Source: an uncultured Bacillales bacterium (GTDB lineage Bacteria; Bacillota_I; Bacilli_A; RF39; UBA660). Taken from it: DNA of 64,000 nucleotides. Shown in pieces: positions 1 through 10,047 of this stretch (position 1 is its first letter; each line of letters starts with the position of its first letter). The notes below the pieces were generated by a model. The model did not search any database and was not told the DNA's origin. It worked only from the letters and a program-made list of their open reading frames with translations. The DNA is taken from positions 4,261-68,260 of the forward strand of contig CATLHA010000004.1 of the NCBI GenBank assembly GCA_949948745.1, given 5' to 3'. The position numbers and the translations under genes are program-made.

Positions 1-156
1 TGGTGTAAGGACAAGTTAGTAGAACATAAACAATACATCAGAGAATTTGGAGAAGACCTAGAGGAAATTAGAAATTGGTCATGGAAAAAATCTATGGAAG
101 AAGTAAATCATTGGTCATGGAAAAAAGAAATTGAGAACGAATTAGAAAAAATATAA
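1..156 (+). CDS. xfp: Phosphoketolase (Xfp/Xpk family), 3' end only
   Basis: Frame 1 reads WCKDKLVEHKQYIREFGEDLEEIRNWSW...*, matching the conserved phosphoketolase C-terminus (KLxEHxxYIRExGEDxxEIxxWxW); stop TAA at 154-156. Confidence 0.75.
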   Translation, partial: WCKDKLVEHKQYIREFGEDLEEIRNWSWKKSMEEVNHWSWKKEIENELEKI

Positions 157-160
157 AACA

Positions 161-186
161 AAAAAGAGGTTGAATTCACCTCTTTT
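161..186. terminator. Bidirectional intrinsic terminator
   Basis: aaaaagaggt-tgaattc-acctctttt hairpin between convergent genes. Confidence 0.7.
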
Positions 187-712
187 ATTTTCGTGTATGA
201 AAGCGAAGTCTAATATCATTTTCAAGTAATTGATTAACTTCAGCAAGTCCAGTTTTTCCAGTTGGAATAATAGAATGAAGTTGTTGTTTCCAGCCGTTGC
301 TTTTGGCAAGAAAAGATAACATTGTATGATACATCTCTACATCATCAGCATAATAAATTGATATGATTTCATAGTTATTTTTTAATTCTTTTACATATTC
401 AGTAATTACTTCAGCTTTCGATGAATACTTTTTTTGAACAATACCACTTTCAGTATAATAGCCATTTTGGAAAAATTGTTTTCCATAAGTCACCGTAGAA
501 GTAATAAATGGATGAATAATATTTTGAATATCAGAAACAAAATCCTTATCATCTGTACTAATAAGCGAAAAAATAATTTTATCAACTTGCTCATTTTTCT
601 TAATGTCTGATAGTAAATAACTAAATTGTTGATAATCTTCTTCAATATTGGAGTTTGATAAAATTGTTCCTATAATATCACTAAAATAAACAATAATCCT
701 CTCCATACCCAT
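185..712 (-). CDS. Hypothetical protein, possible HAD-like fold
   Basis: 175-aa ORF with GAGGGGG SD; N-terminal VYFSDIIGTI and later YYADD resemble HAD motifs I and IV. Confidence 0.55.
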   Translation of the reverse strand: MGMERIIVYFSDIIGTILSNSNIEEDYQQFSYLLSDIKKNEQVDKIIFSLISTDDKDFVSDIQNIIHPFITSTVTYGKQFFQNGYYTESGIVQKKYSSKAEVITEYVKELKNNYEIISIYYADDVEMYHTMLSFLAKSNGWKQQLHSIIPTGKTGLAEVNQLLENDIRLRFHTRK

Positions 713-865
713 CTTCCCCCTCTTTTAATAAAGTGTTTCCTCGCTAGGAATTAATCCATAATATACCATAACATTAATAAAAAAACAAATAAATCACTTT
801 TAATAGATTCTACTCAAATAAGAAAAAACATGTTATAATAAGAATGCGTTTTTAAGAGGTGTAAT

Positions 866-1387
866 ATGAGAAGTAAAAGGGATCAAAGAATTTATGAAAA
901 GACCAGAAAGTTTTTAGAAAAAAGGAAAGAAGAAAATATTGATGAAAAAATGAAGCTAATTGATCAAGCGCTTGAAAAAAGTGAAGGAGAGGAACGTTAT
1001 AGTTTTTTATATGATTTAATTTGTAATTATTTAGATGAGGAATTTAGAAAAAAAAACATTTGCGGATTTAAAAATAATTTATGTAAGAGACGCTGTAGCA
1101 TGATGGAAAGAAATGTAAAAAAAGATACTTATGAAAATGGCTGTTGCCATAGTTACTTAGAAGGAAGAGATTGTGAATATTTAAAACCGCCATATGGATG
1201 TCAAATAAAAAATATAGCTTGTAAAACATTTACTTGTTTTTATTTAAGAAAACAAGGATATCGTTATACTTTAGATAAAATTTATTTATCAAAATATTTC
1301 TTCAATCGTAGACAAAAATTTTATATACAAAATACATATTTTGTAGATAAGCCAGTAGTTATGGAAGGAATATTAAAAAGGTCATAA
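866..1387 (+). CDS. Cys-rich hypothetical protein (putative metal/Fe-S binding)
   Basis: GAGGTG SD; extended -10 TGTTATAAT at 831-839; about 10 Cys including GCC and CKTFTC. Confidence 0.7.
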   Translation: MRSKRDQRIYEKTRKFLEKRKEENIDEKMKLIDQALEKSEGEERYSFLYDLICNYLDEEFRKKNICGFKNNLCKRRCSMMERNVKKDTYENGCCHSYLEGRDCEYLKPPYGCQIKNIACKTFTCFYLRKQGYRYTLDKIYLSKYFFNRRQKFYIQNTYFVDKPVVMEGILKRS

Positions 1388-1398
1388 GGAGAATAGGT

Positions 1399-2142
1399 AT
1401 GGATTTTAAAGGAAAAACAGTATGGGTAACAGGAAGCTCTAGAGGAATTGGTGCAGCTTGTATAAAAAAATTCGCTTCTCTTGGTGCCAATGTAATTATC
1501 CACTATAAAAAAGAAAAAGAACAAGCTAATAATTTAAAAGAAGAAGTAGAGAAAAAATATGGTACAAAAGCATTAGTAGTACAAGGAGATATTTCCAAAG
1601 AAGAAGATATCATAGGAATGTTTAAGATTGTTAAAAATACTTTTGAAAAGATTGATGTATTAGTAAATAATGCTGCAATTAGTGAAGATAGTTACATTAC
1701 GGATAAAACGAAAGAAGAATTTGACAAAGTATTATCAGTGAATTTAGTAGGGACTTTTTTAATGACTAAATATGTGATTCAAGAAATGGAAAAACAACAA
1801 GGTGGAAATATCATCATGATTTCATCAACGAATGGAATTGATACAAATAATGTATGGTCTCTTGATTACGATGCATCAAAGGCAGGAGTTATTTCTATGG
1901 CTAGAAACTTTGCAGACCAATATGCACCTAATATTAGGGTAAATGTAGTGGCACCTGGATGGGTAAATACAGAAGATGTATTAGAGATGAATCCTGATAT
2001 AATTGAACAAGAAAAAGAAAAATGTCTATTAAAAAGATTTGCTAGTCCAATGGAAATCGCAAATGTAGTATGTTTTTTAGCATCGAGTGAGGCATCTTAT
2101 ATTAATAAAAGTGTAATTAGAGTAGATGGGGGAATTCAATAA
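1399..2142 (+). CDS. Short-chain dehydrogenase/reductase (FabG-like)
   Basis: TGSSRGIG Rossmann motif, NNA, YDASK catalytic YxxxK, VAPGW. Confidence 0.9.
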   Translation: MDFKGKTVWVTGSSRGIGAACIKKFASLGANVIIHYKKEKEQANNLKEEVEKKYGTKALVVQGDISKEEDIIGMFKIVKNTFEKIDVLVNNAAISEDSYITDKTKEEFDKVLSVNLVGTFLMTKYVIQEMEKQQGGNIIMISSTNGIDTNNVWSLDYDASKAGVISMARNFADQYAPNIRVNVVAPGWVNTEDVLEMNPDIIEQEKEKCLLKRFASPMEIANVVCFLASSEASYINKSVIRVDGGIQ

Positions 2143-2168
2143 TTATACACATAGGGGGAAATAGGAAA

Positions 2169-2681
2169 ATGGTTAGAATCGAAGTTATACCAAATAGAGA
2201 TATATTAAACATAGCAGATTATGAAGATGCTTCTATTTTTGCAGGTCATGGAGAGTTATTTAAAATTTTCTGTAAAAAAAAGAAAGTACCAATTGACCTT
2301 CCTTATATTGGAGGACAATATTGGGCAAAAGAAATCGCACATCTTGGACATATTGCAATTATGGAAGATCATTTTGGAATCTGTGCTTATGCAAACTATA
2401 AACTAGATAGATATCAAAGAAATAAAATAGTAACGAAAAGAGAGTATTGGAGACAAACAAATTTTTCAGGGGTTGTAGTGATGGAAGATGGAACGATAAA
2501 AAATTTTGATAGAGAGTTACTAAAAATGTCTATTCGTCAAAGGATGCCTGAACTGGATGATGATAAAATAATTGTAACAAGTGATGATGTAATTATGAAA
2601 TTCACAGAAGAGCTAACTCCAGTAGTAGAAAGACCAAAAATCAATATTAATACAAGGAGAACTCAATTTAGAAATAGATAG
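2169..2681 (+). CDS. Hypothetical protein
   Basis: 170-aa ORF with purine-rich SD, operon-like spacing. Confidence 0.7.
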   Translation: MVRIEVIPNRDILNIADYEDASIFAGHGELFKIFCKKKKVPIDLPYIGGQYWAKEIAHLGHIAIMEDHFGICAYANYKLDRYQRNKIVTKREYWRQTNFSGVVVMEDGTIKNFDRELLKMSIRQRMPELDDDKIIVTSDDVIMKFTEELTPVVERPKININTRRTQFRNR

Positions 2682-2697
2682 AAAGTAGGGAAAATAA

Positions 2698-3957
2698 ATG
2701 TATCAAGAATTAAGTATCGATAATGAAACTGTGACTCTAATTCAAGAATGTGAACGAGAATTAGAAGAAACCTTTAAAAAAATTGACGAACAATGTGATA
2801 GGAATAGTTTAAGAGTATTAAATGCATTTCATAAACATCAAATTAGTGAAGTACATTTTAATATGACAACAGGATATGGTTATGGAGATATTGGAAGAGA
2901 TACTACAGAAAAAGTTTTTGCAGAAGTATTGAAGGCAGAAGATGCCTTAGTAAGAGGACAATTTATTTCTGGAACTCATGCTTTAACAGTAGCTTTATTT
3001 TCTTATTTAAGACCAGGCGATATGTTACTTAGCATTACTGGGACTCCATATGATACACTTCATGAAGTAATTGGAATTAGAGAAAATAACAGTAGTCTAA
3101 AAAACTTTGGTGTATTATATGATGAAATTGAATTAGTAAGTGACGATTTTGATGATGAGAAAATTTTAGAGTACTTAAAGAACCATAAAGTAAAGATGAT
3201 AGAAATTCAAAGATCAAAAGGATATTCTACTAGAAAAAGTATAACAATTGATAAAGTAGAAAGAATTGTGAAAAAAATAAAAGAACAAAATTCAGATACG
3301 ATTATTATGGTTGATAATTGTTATTGTGAATTTGTAGAAGAAAAAACACCTACAGAAGTAGGCGCAGATGTTATGGTAGGTTCTTTAATCAAAAATTTAG
3401 GTGGAGGAATCGCACCCAATGGAGCATATATCGCTGGAAGACATGATTTAGTAGAACTAGCGGGAGAAAGGCTCACTTGTCCTGGAGAAGGTAGAGAAGT
3501 AGGACCAAGTCTTGGAATCAACAAACAATTTTTACAAGGATTATTCTTTGCTCCAAGTGTCGTTGCTTCTAGTTTAAAAACAGCGATTCTAGCATCTTTC
3601 GCACTAGAAAAATTAGGATACAAAGTAGAACCAAAATGGAATGATAAAAGAGCCGATATCGTACAAAATATAATTTTTGGAAATAGTGAAGATTTGATTC
3701 ATTATTGTCAAGGAATTCAAATGGCTTCTCCAGTTGATTCTAATGCGGTACCAGAACCTTGGGATATGCCAGGATATGAAGATAAAGTCATCATGGCAGC
3801 AGGAGCATTTACACAAGGGTCTTCAATTGAACTTTCATGTGATGGACCAATAAGAGCTCCATATATTGCTTATATGCAAGGAGGACTAACATACTCTTAT
3901 GGAAAATTTGGAGTAATGAAAGCTATTTCTGAAATTTTAAAAAATAAGGTGAACTAA
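2698..3957 (+). CDS. PLP-dependent methionine gamma-lyase family / aluminium-resistance protein (YnbB-like)
   Basis: TGYGYGDIGRD, SGTHA, QRSKGY, VDNCY, GSLIKNLGGG, MAAGAFTQGSSIELSCD motifs. Confidence 0.9.
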   Translation: MYQELSIDNETVTLIQECERELEETFKKIDEQCDRNSLRVLNAFHKHQISEVHFNMTTGYGYGDIGRDTTEKVFAEVLKAEDALVRGQFISGTHALTVALFSYLRPGDMLLSITGTPYDTLHEVIGIRENNSSLKNFGVLYDEIELVSDDFDDEKILEYLKNHKVKMIEIQRSKGYSTRKSITIDKVERIVKKIKEQNSDTIIMVDNCYCEFVEEKTPTEVGADVMVGSLIKNLGGGIAPNGAYIAGRHDLVELAGERLTCPGEGREVGPSLGINKQFLQGLFFAPSVVASSLKTAILASFALEKLGYKVEPKWNDKRADIVQNIIFGNSEDLIHYCQGIQMASPVDSNAVPEPWDMPGYEDKVIMAAGAFTQGSSIELSCDGPIRAPYIAYMQGGLTYSYGKFGVMKAISEILKNKVN

Positions 3958-4434
3958 ATGAAAATGTTATTTAAGCAAAGATTATTTTCTTGGTTTGATA
4001 GTTATGATATTTATGATGAAGAAGGAAATACTTTATATACAGTAAAGGGAGAACTTTCTTGGGGACATCAACTTCGTATTTACGATAATAACAATAACGA
4101 AGTTGGTTTAATAAAGGAAAAAGTATTTACTCTTTTACCTAAATTTATTATGTTTGAACATGGAGTAGAAATAGGAGAAATTAGAAAAGAATTTACATTT
4201 TTTATTCCAAAATTCAATCTAACTTGTAATGATTGGAATGTAACAGGAAATATTTTAGAATGGGATTATAAAGTAGTAGATTCTAGTGATAATTTAATTA
4301 TGAATGCAAGTAAAGAAATATTCCATCTAACAGATACTTATGTGATAGATGTAAAAAATAAAAAAGATGTATTATATTCCCTAATGATAGTACTTGCGAT
4401 AGATGCAGCGAAGTGTAGTAACAATGCAAATTAA
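3958..4434 (+). CDS. LURP-one/scramblase (Tubby C-terminal-like) family protein
   Basis: KQRLFSWFDSYDIYDE N-terminus and IVLAID C-terminus typical of YxjI/LOR family. Confidence 0.85.
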   Translation: MKMLFKQRLFSWFDSYDIYDEEGNTLYTVKGELSWGHQLRIYDNNNNEVGLIKEKVFTLLPKFIMFEHGVEIGEIRKEFTFFIPKFNLTCNDWNVTGNILEWDYKVVDSSDNLIMNASKEIFHLTDTYVIDVKNKKDVLYSLMIVLAIDAAKCSNNAN

Positions 4435-4450
4435 GTTTATATGAATTTGT

Positions 4451-4482
4451 AGAAAGGGCTTTTTAAGTTCCTTTCTTTTTTT
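4451..4482 (+). terminator. Intrinsic terminator
   Basis: agaaagggc...gttcctttct hairpin followed by T-run. Confidence 0.65.
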
Positions 4483-4568
4483 ATGAATTTGTGATTGAAA
4501 TATGTTCAAAATATTCAAGTTACAGAAAAATATAGTATAATATAAATAAAAGAGAAATGGAGGACATT

Positions 4569-6752
4569 ATGATAATAGAAGTTTTAGTAGAATTATCCAC
4601 AAGAAGTGTGGATAAAACATTTGATTATTTAGTTCCTCCTCAGTTTGTAGATAAAATACAATTAGGAATTAGAGTTCTTGTTCCTTTTGGAATGCAAAAA
4701 TTAGAAGGATTTGTTTTAAAAATTAAAAATTTAAACAATAGTAAATATCAAATAGATGAACTGAAAGAAATATTAGATGTAGTAGATGAAGAAGTGATAT
4801 TAAATGAAGAACTCTTAAAATTAGGAAAAAAAATTAGTGAGATGACATTATCTACATTAATTTCTTCTTATCAAGTGATGCTTCCAGAGGCACTAAAAGC
4901 AAGAAAAAAAATCAAAATAAACAAAAAAATAGATATCTATATGGTATTAAATAAAAATATAGAAATTCCTATATTAAAAAATGAAAATCAACAGAAAATA
5001 GTGGATTTATTAAAAAGAAAAAAAAGAATATTAAAACAGGAATTAAATAAAATCTCTTCTAGCAGTGTAAAAACATTAATGAAAAATAATATTTTATTAG
5101 AAGAGCAAGAGGAAAATTATAGATTAAAACAAGAATATGTAAAAAAAGAAAAATACCCATTAACGAAATTACAGAAAAAAATAGTAAATGAAGTACTAGA
5201 ATCCAAAGATCAATCAAAAACATTTTTATTACATGGCGTAACAGGTAGTGGAAAAACCGAAGTATATATGGAATTAATTGAAGAAGCATTGAAAAATGGA
5301 AAGTCGAGTATTGTTTTGGTTCCAGAAATATCTTTAACAGAACAAATTGTATCTAGATTTAGAAGTAGATTTCTAGAAAATATTGCGATACTTCACAGTA
5401 GGCTTAGTAGTGGTGAAAAATATGATGAGTGGAGAAAAATAGCACGCCATGAAGTAAAAATAGTAATTGGTGCGAGAAGCGCGATTTTTGCTCCTTTAGA
5501 AAATCTAGGAATGATTATTATAGATGAAGAACATACATCTTCCTATAAACAGGAGCAAACACCAAAATATAGCGCAATCGATGTTGCGAAATTAAGAAGT
5601 GAATATCATTCTTGTCCATTAATTTTAGGAAGCGCAACTCCAACATTAGAAAGTTATGCAAGAGCGAAAAAAAATGTATACCATCTTTTAGAAATGAAAG
5701 AAAGAGTAAATCAGAAACCGCTACCGGAAGTTACTATTATTGATATGAATCAAGAAGAAAAAAGAAAAAATTCTCATTTTTCCAAAATATTATTAGAAGA
5801 AATTAAAAATAGATTAGAAAAACATGAACAATCCATTCTTTTGTTAAATAGAAGAGGATATGCCTCCTTTGTCTCATGCAAAAATTGTGGATATGTAGAA
5901 AAATGTCCAAATTGTGATATTACTTTAACCTATCATAAGACAAGTGGAATGATTAGATGTCATTATTGTGGATATGCCAAGAAATTATTACCTACTTGTC
6001 CAGAATGTCATGAAGAAGCAATGACAAGTTTAGGAATAGGAACTGAGAAAATTGAGGAAGAATTAATGGAAGTTTTCCCAAGTGCTCAAATACTTCGAAT
6101 GGACTTAGATACTACAACAAAAAAAGGTTCCCATGAAAGAATGATTAAATCATTTCAAAATCACGAGTATGATATACTACTTGGAACTCAAATGATTGCG
6201 AAGGGATTAGATTTCAAGGAAGTTACTTTGGTAGGAGTAATTAATGCGGATACCTCACTCAATATCCCTGATTTTAGGAGCAGTGAAACCACATTTCAAT
6301 TATTAAGTCAAGTAGCTGGAAGAAGTGGTCGAGGCGAAAAAGAGGGAAAAGTATTCATTCAAACATACAACAAAGACCACTATGCAATAGAACTTTCAAG
6401 AACACATGATTATAATTCTTTTTATGAAGAAGAAATGAAAATTAGACATGAATTAAATTATCCACCATATTATTATTTAACTTCTATAAAAATACTTAGT
6501 AGTGATTATGAAATAGCTAGAGTAGAAAGTAATAAAATAGGAGAATACTTAAAAAATAATCTAAAAAACTCCACTATTTTAGGACCATCTATCGCCAGTA
6601 TATTTAGAATCAATAATATTTACAGATTCCAATTAATAATTAAATATAAAAAAGAAGAAAAATTATATGATGTACTATCTCTATTAATAGAACATTATCA
6701 ATCAAATAGTAAAGTAAAACTAGATATCGATTTCAATCCAATTCATATTTAA
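4569..6752 (+). CDS. priA: Primosomal protein N' (replication restart helicase)
   Basis: GVTGSGKT, DEEH, two Zn-knuckle CxxC clusters, QVAGRSGR; start placed at ATG 4569 after GGAGGA SD. Confidence 0.97.
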   Translation: MIIEVLVELSTRSVDKTFDYLVPPQFVDKIQLGIRVLVPFGMQKLEGFVLKIKNLNNSKYQIDELKEILDVVDEEVILNEELLKLGKKISEMTLSTLISSYQVMLPEALKARKKIKINKKIDIYMVLNKNIEIPILKNENQQKIVDLLKRKKRILKQELNKISSSSVKTLMKNNILLEEQEENYRLKQEYVKKEKYPLTKLQKKIVNEVLESKDQSKTFLLHGVTGSGKTEVYMELIEEALKNGKSSIVLVPEISLTEQIVSRFRSRFLENIAILHSRLSSGEKYDEWRKIARHEVKIVIGARSAIFAPLENLGMIIIDEEHTSSYKQEQTPKYSAIDVAKLRSEYHSCPLILGSATPTLESYARAKKNVYHLLEMKERVNQKPLPEVTIIDMNQEEKRKNSHFSKILLEEIKNRLEKHEQSILLLNRRGYASFVSCKNCGYVEKCPNCDITLTYHKTSGMIRCHYCGYAKKLLPTCPECHEEAMTSLGIGTEKIEEELMEVFPSAQILRMDLDTTTKKGSHERMIKSFQNHEYDILLGTQMIAKGLDFKEVTLVGVINADTSLNIPDFRSSETTFQLLSQVAGRSGRGEKEGKVFIQTYNKDHYAIELSRTHDYNSFYEEEMKIRHELNYPPYYYLTSIKILSSDYEIARVESNKIGEYLKNNLKNSTILGPSIASIFRINNIYRFQLIIKYKKEEKLYDVLSLLIEHYQSNSKVKLDIDFNPIHI

Positions 6753-6853
6753 AAAGAAAAATTTTATTAGAATTTCTCTTAGATACAACATGGTAGATTT
6801 TAATAAAACATGGTATAATCATAAATATAAAATTTAAAATAGTAGGTGGAAGT

Positions 6854-7456
6854 ATGGCAGAAAAGTTTAAAAAACTATTAAAAAAAACATTTGTTATAAT
6901 TGGAATAATATTCCTAATTTTTGGAATTATTTTTCTGGTTCTTATGTTCAATGATAATCTCCGTTTTAAATTTGATTATGAAAGTTTAAATAATATCCCA
7001 TATACTAATGGAAAAATAATTAAAGCCAAAGTTCCATGGAAAAATAGTATAAAATACATAGAAGGAAAAGAGGTATTACAAATACTAAAAAATGAAACAG
7101 GGATTGTTTATTTTGGCTATCCAAGTTGTCCATGGTGTAGGAATATAGTAGGACCATTAATTGAAGTAGCAAAGGAAAATGATTTAAAAATATATTATGT
7201 AAATACGCATGAAGCCATAGATGATATAAAAGAAGAATTAAAAAAAGTATTAAAAGATTATTTACGTAAAAATGAAGAGACAAATGAATATGTCATTGCG
7301 GTACCAGATGTCTACTACATTGAATCTGGAAAAATTATAGGACATCACATAGGTACCATAGAGAGTTATAAAAATCCATATAAGAAAATGACAGAAAAGC
7401 AAAAAGAACAATTAAAAGAAAAATATCGGGAATTGATAAAAAGTAAGGAGAGATAA
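6854..7456 (+). CDS. Membrane-anchored thioredoxin-like protein
   Basis: N-terminal TM helix, YFGYPSCPWC redox motif, VP cis-Pro loop; extended -10 TGGTATAAT at 6811-6819. Confidence 0.75.
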   Translation: MAEKFKKLLKKTFVIIGIIFLIFGIIFLVLMFNDNLRFKFDYESLNNIPYTNGKIIKAKVPWKNSIKYIEGKEVLQILKNETGIVYFGYPSCPWCRNIVGPLIEVAKENDLKIYYVNTHEAIDDIKEELKKVLKDYLRKNEETNEYVIAVPDVYYIESGKIIGHHIGTIESYKNPYKKMTEKQKEQLKEKYRELIKSKER

Positions 7457-7457
7457 A

Positions 7458-8405
7458 ATGAAAAAAGACTTAAGAATTATATTTATGGGAACTCCAGAAT
7501 TTAGTGTTCCAGTATTAGAGGGATTAATTGAAAATTATAAAGTAATAGGTGTAGTAACTCAGCCAGATAAAAAAGTAGGTAGAAAACAAGAAATTAAATT
7601 TTCTCCTGTAAAGGAAGTTGCGATTAAAAATCAGATACCAGTATTCCAACCACAAAGAATAAAAAAAGAATACCAAGAAATTCTAGATTTAAAACCAGAT
7701 TTAATTGTAACCTGTGCCTATGGTCAAATTATTCCCAAGATAATTCTTGATCTTCCCAAATATCATTGTATTAATGTGCATGCCTCACTTTTACCAAAGC
7801 TAAGAGGTGGTGCTCCTATACATAAGGCAATTATAAACAATTATCCAAGAACTGGTATTACTATCATGTATATGGTAGAAAAAATGGATGCTGGAGATAT
7901 TTTAGCTCAGAGAGAAACGATAATTAAAAAAGAAGAAAATGTTGGAATGCTACATGATCGTTTGAGTAAAATGGGAAAGGAATTATTACTAGATACAATT
8001 CCAAATTTAATCTATGGAAAAATAACACCAATTAAACAACAAGAAAGTGAAGTTACATATGCTTGGAATATTACAAGAGAAGAAGAAAAAGTAGATTTTT
8101 CAAAGCATACGATAGATATTTACAACCAAATTAGAGGATTAAGTCCACATCCAGGTGCTTATGCTACTTTAGAAGGAAAAATTGTTAAAATTTATGCATC
8201 TAGAATTAGCGAAAGTTTCTTTACAACTAGAAAAGATGGAGAAATTGGAAAAGTCTATGAAGATGGAATTGGTGTAAGTACAAAAGATGGAGAAATTATA
8301 TTAACAGAGATTCAGTTTGAAGGAAAGAAAAAAATGGCTGTAAAAGATTACTTTCATGGTTATAATGGGGAAAAATTAATAGGAAAAATCTTTAACGAGG
8401 AATAG
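7458..8405 (+). CDS. fmt: Methionyl-tRNA formyltransferase
   Basis: IIFMGTPEF, TQPD, INVHASLLP, DAGDI. Confidence 0.97.
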   Translation: MKKDLRIIFMGTPEFSVPVLEGLIENYKVIGVVTQPDKKVGRKQEIKFSPVKEVAIKNQIPVFQPQRIKKEYQEILDLKPDLIVTCAYGQIIPKIILDLPKYHCINVHASLLPKLRGGAPIHKAIINNYPRTGITIMYMVEKMDAGDILAQRETIIKKEENVGMLHDRLSKMGKELLLDTIPNLIYGKITPIKQQESEVTYAWNITREEEKVDFSKHTIDIYNQIRGLSPHPGAYATLEGKIVKIYASRISESFFTTRKDGEIGKVYEDGIGVSTKDGEIILTEIQFEGKKKMAVKDYFHGYNGEKLIGKIFNEE

Positions 8406-8406
8406 T

Positions 8407-9183
8407 ATGAAGAAGGAAGAACTAAAAGAACTATTAAAGAAGTGTTTTGGAAAAGAGAAAGATGAGCAACTAAATGCAATCGTAATGTTAACAATTATGA
8501 TGATATTTATAGTGATTCTAGTAATCATTGTAAGAGTTGGAACAGATAAAGAAAAAAGCAATCTGACAAATAATCCAGCCCAAATGTCAGTACCAACAGA
8601 AAATACAATAAAACCAATAGAAGATACGGAAAAAGATCTATTAAATGAAGAGGGAAAACAAACTGGAAATTACGAAATAAACTATAGCTATTTATATACG
8701 TTTACTCTAAATGGAAAACAAGAAATTATTACAGGAAAAAAATTAGATAATAAAGAAATATTCACAATAGTAAATGAAGAGGGAAGCAAAGACTATGCTA
8801 AATTAAGCAATAATTACTTAATTAAAAACAAGAATTCATATAATTTAACTACTGTTCCAAGCGCTAATCTTCAATATGCATCCATAGATGATTTAGCTGA
8901 TATATTAGGACTGTATACTCCAAATATAGAACAGAATCAATATACGTATTATATTTCCAATAAGGACCTAATTAGTATCTACAAACCAGAATTAGAAAAT
9001 ACACAAATAGAAGAAAAATATAATCCAGTTACACTTACAATAAATAATGATAGAATAGAAAAAATGGTAATGGATTATTCCAATCTTTATGAAGTTATCA
9101 ATAAAACTCCAGGTACTTATCTCATTAGTTTAGAGTTTAATAATATTGGAACAACAGAAGATTTTACAATCCGAATAGATTGA
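8407..9183 (+). CDS. Hypothetical protein with N-terminal TM anchor
   Basis: Hydrophobic stretch AIVMLTIMMIFIVILVIIV then polar domain; translationally coupled to fmt. Confidence 0.7.
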   Translation: MKKEELKELLKKCFGKEKDEQLNAIVMLTIMMIFIVILVIIVRVGTDKEKSNLTNNPAQMSVPTENTIKPIEDTEKDLLNEEGKQTGNYEINYSYLYTFTLNGKQEIITGKKLDNKEIFTIVNEEGSKDYAKLSNNYLIKNKNSYNLTTVPSANLQYASIDDLADILGLYTPNIEQNQYTYYISNKDLISIYKPELENTQIEEKYNPVTLTINNDRIEKMVMDYSNLYEVINKTPGTYLISLEFNNIGTTEDFTIRID

Positions 9184-9261
9184 CAGTAAATAAAAATAAT
9201 GAGATAATAAACATAATAGAGAATAGATAAAAGGAATCATCAAATAAAAAGGGGAAACAAT

Positions 9262-9696
9262 ATGGATTTAGATCAAGAGAAAAATGAAAAATTTTTAGAA
9301 CTAGTTCAAAAGTATCAAAATTATTTTGATGACATGAATTATGAATTCTATGATTTAGATACACCAAATTTAAGAGGAAAAATAGAAAGTACAACATTCA
9401 TTTTAGAAGTATTAAGAATCAATCATTTATTAGAAAGTAATACCAAAATAGAAAATGTCAAAGAATATCAAGCTTCCCTATTTAAAGAGGGTGTTGTAGA
9501 TGGTTTTACTTTTATAAAAGACAATGTTCCTTTTTATATTGGATTTACAGAAGTAATCCCACCAGAGGAATATAAAATAATCTCTTTTGGACGATCAGAA
9601 AAAAAGGAAATGCAAGAAGAAGAAAACAAGTTAATAGAAATTTTTGAGCTTTTTAGAAATGGTGAAAGTTTAAGAAAATTATATCACTATGAATAA
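9262..9696 (+). CDS. Hypothetical protein
   Basis: 144-aa ORF with AAGGGG SD. Confidence 0.65.
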   Translation: MDLDQEKNEKFLELVQKYQNYFDDMNYEFYDLDTPNLRGKIESTTFILEVLRINHLLESNTKIENVKEYQASLFKEGVVDGFTFIKDNVPFYIGFTEVIPPEEYKIISFGRSEKKEMQEEENKLIEIFELFRNGESLRKLYHYE

Positions 9697-9714
9697 TAGA
9701 AAGAAGGAATAAAG

Positions 9715-10020
9715 ATGGAACAAGAAGAATTAATGAATGAAGAAATTGAAAATGATGATTTTCCTTCTGTTTTTGTACGTCTTCCTAAAAGACAAGAAGA
9801 TATTGAATTAAAAGAAATGAAAACAGATGTAATCCCACAAAGTGCAATTGAAGAAATGAATCATTCAACTATAGAATTACCAGAAATCAAAGAAGAAGAG
9901 GTAACTATGCCAGAAGTTGAAAAAACAAGTGAGAGTGGATTCTCTGGAATGTATATTCTAATGTCTCTTCTTATGATTGGAATCGTAGGAATTTCAATTG
10001 CGGAAATCATCTTATCATAA
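9715..10020 (+). CDS. Acidic tail-anchored small protein
   Basis: Glu-rich N-terminal part and C-terminal hydrophobic helix preceded by SGF; AAGGA SD. Confidence 0.65.
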   Translation: MEQEELMNEEIENDDFPSVFVRLPKRQEDIELKEMKTDVIPQSAIEEMNHSTIELPEIKEEEVTMPEVEKTSESGFSGMYILMSLLMIGIVGISIAEIILS

Positions 10021-10047
10021 TTATTAAAAAATTAGAAAATAAAGTCC

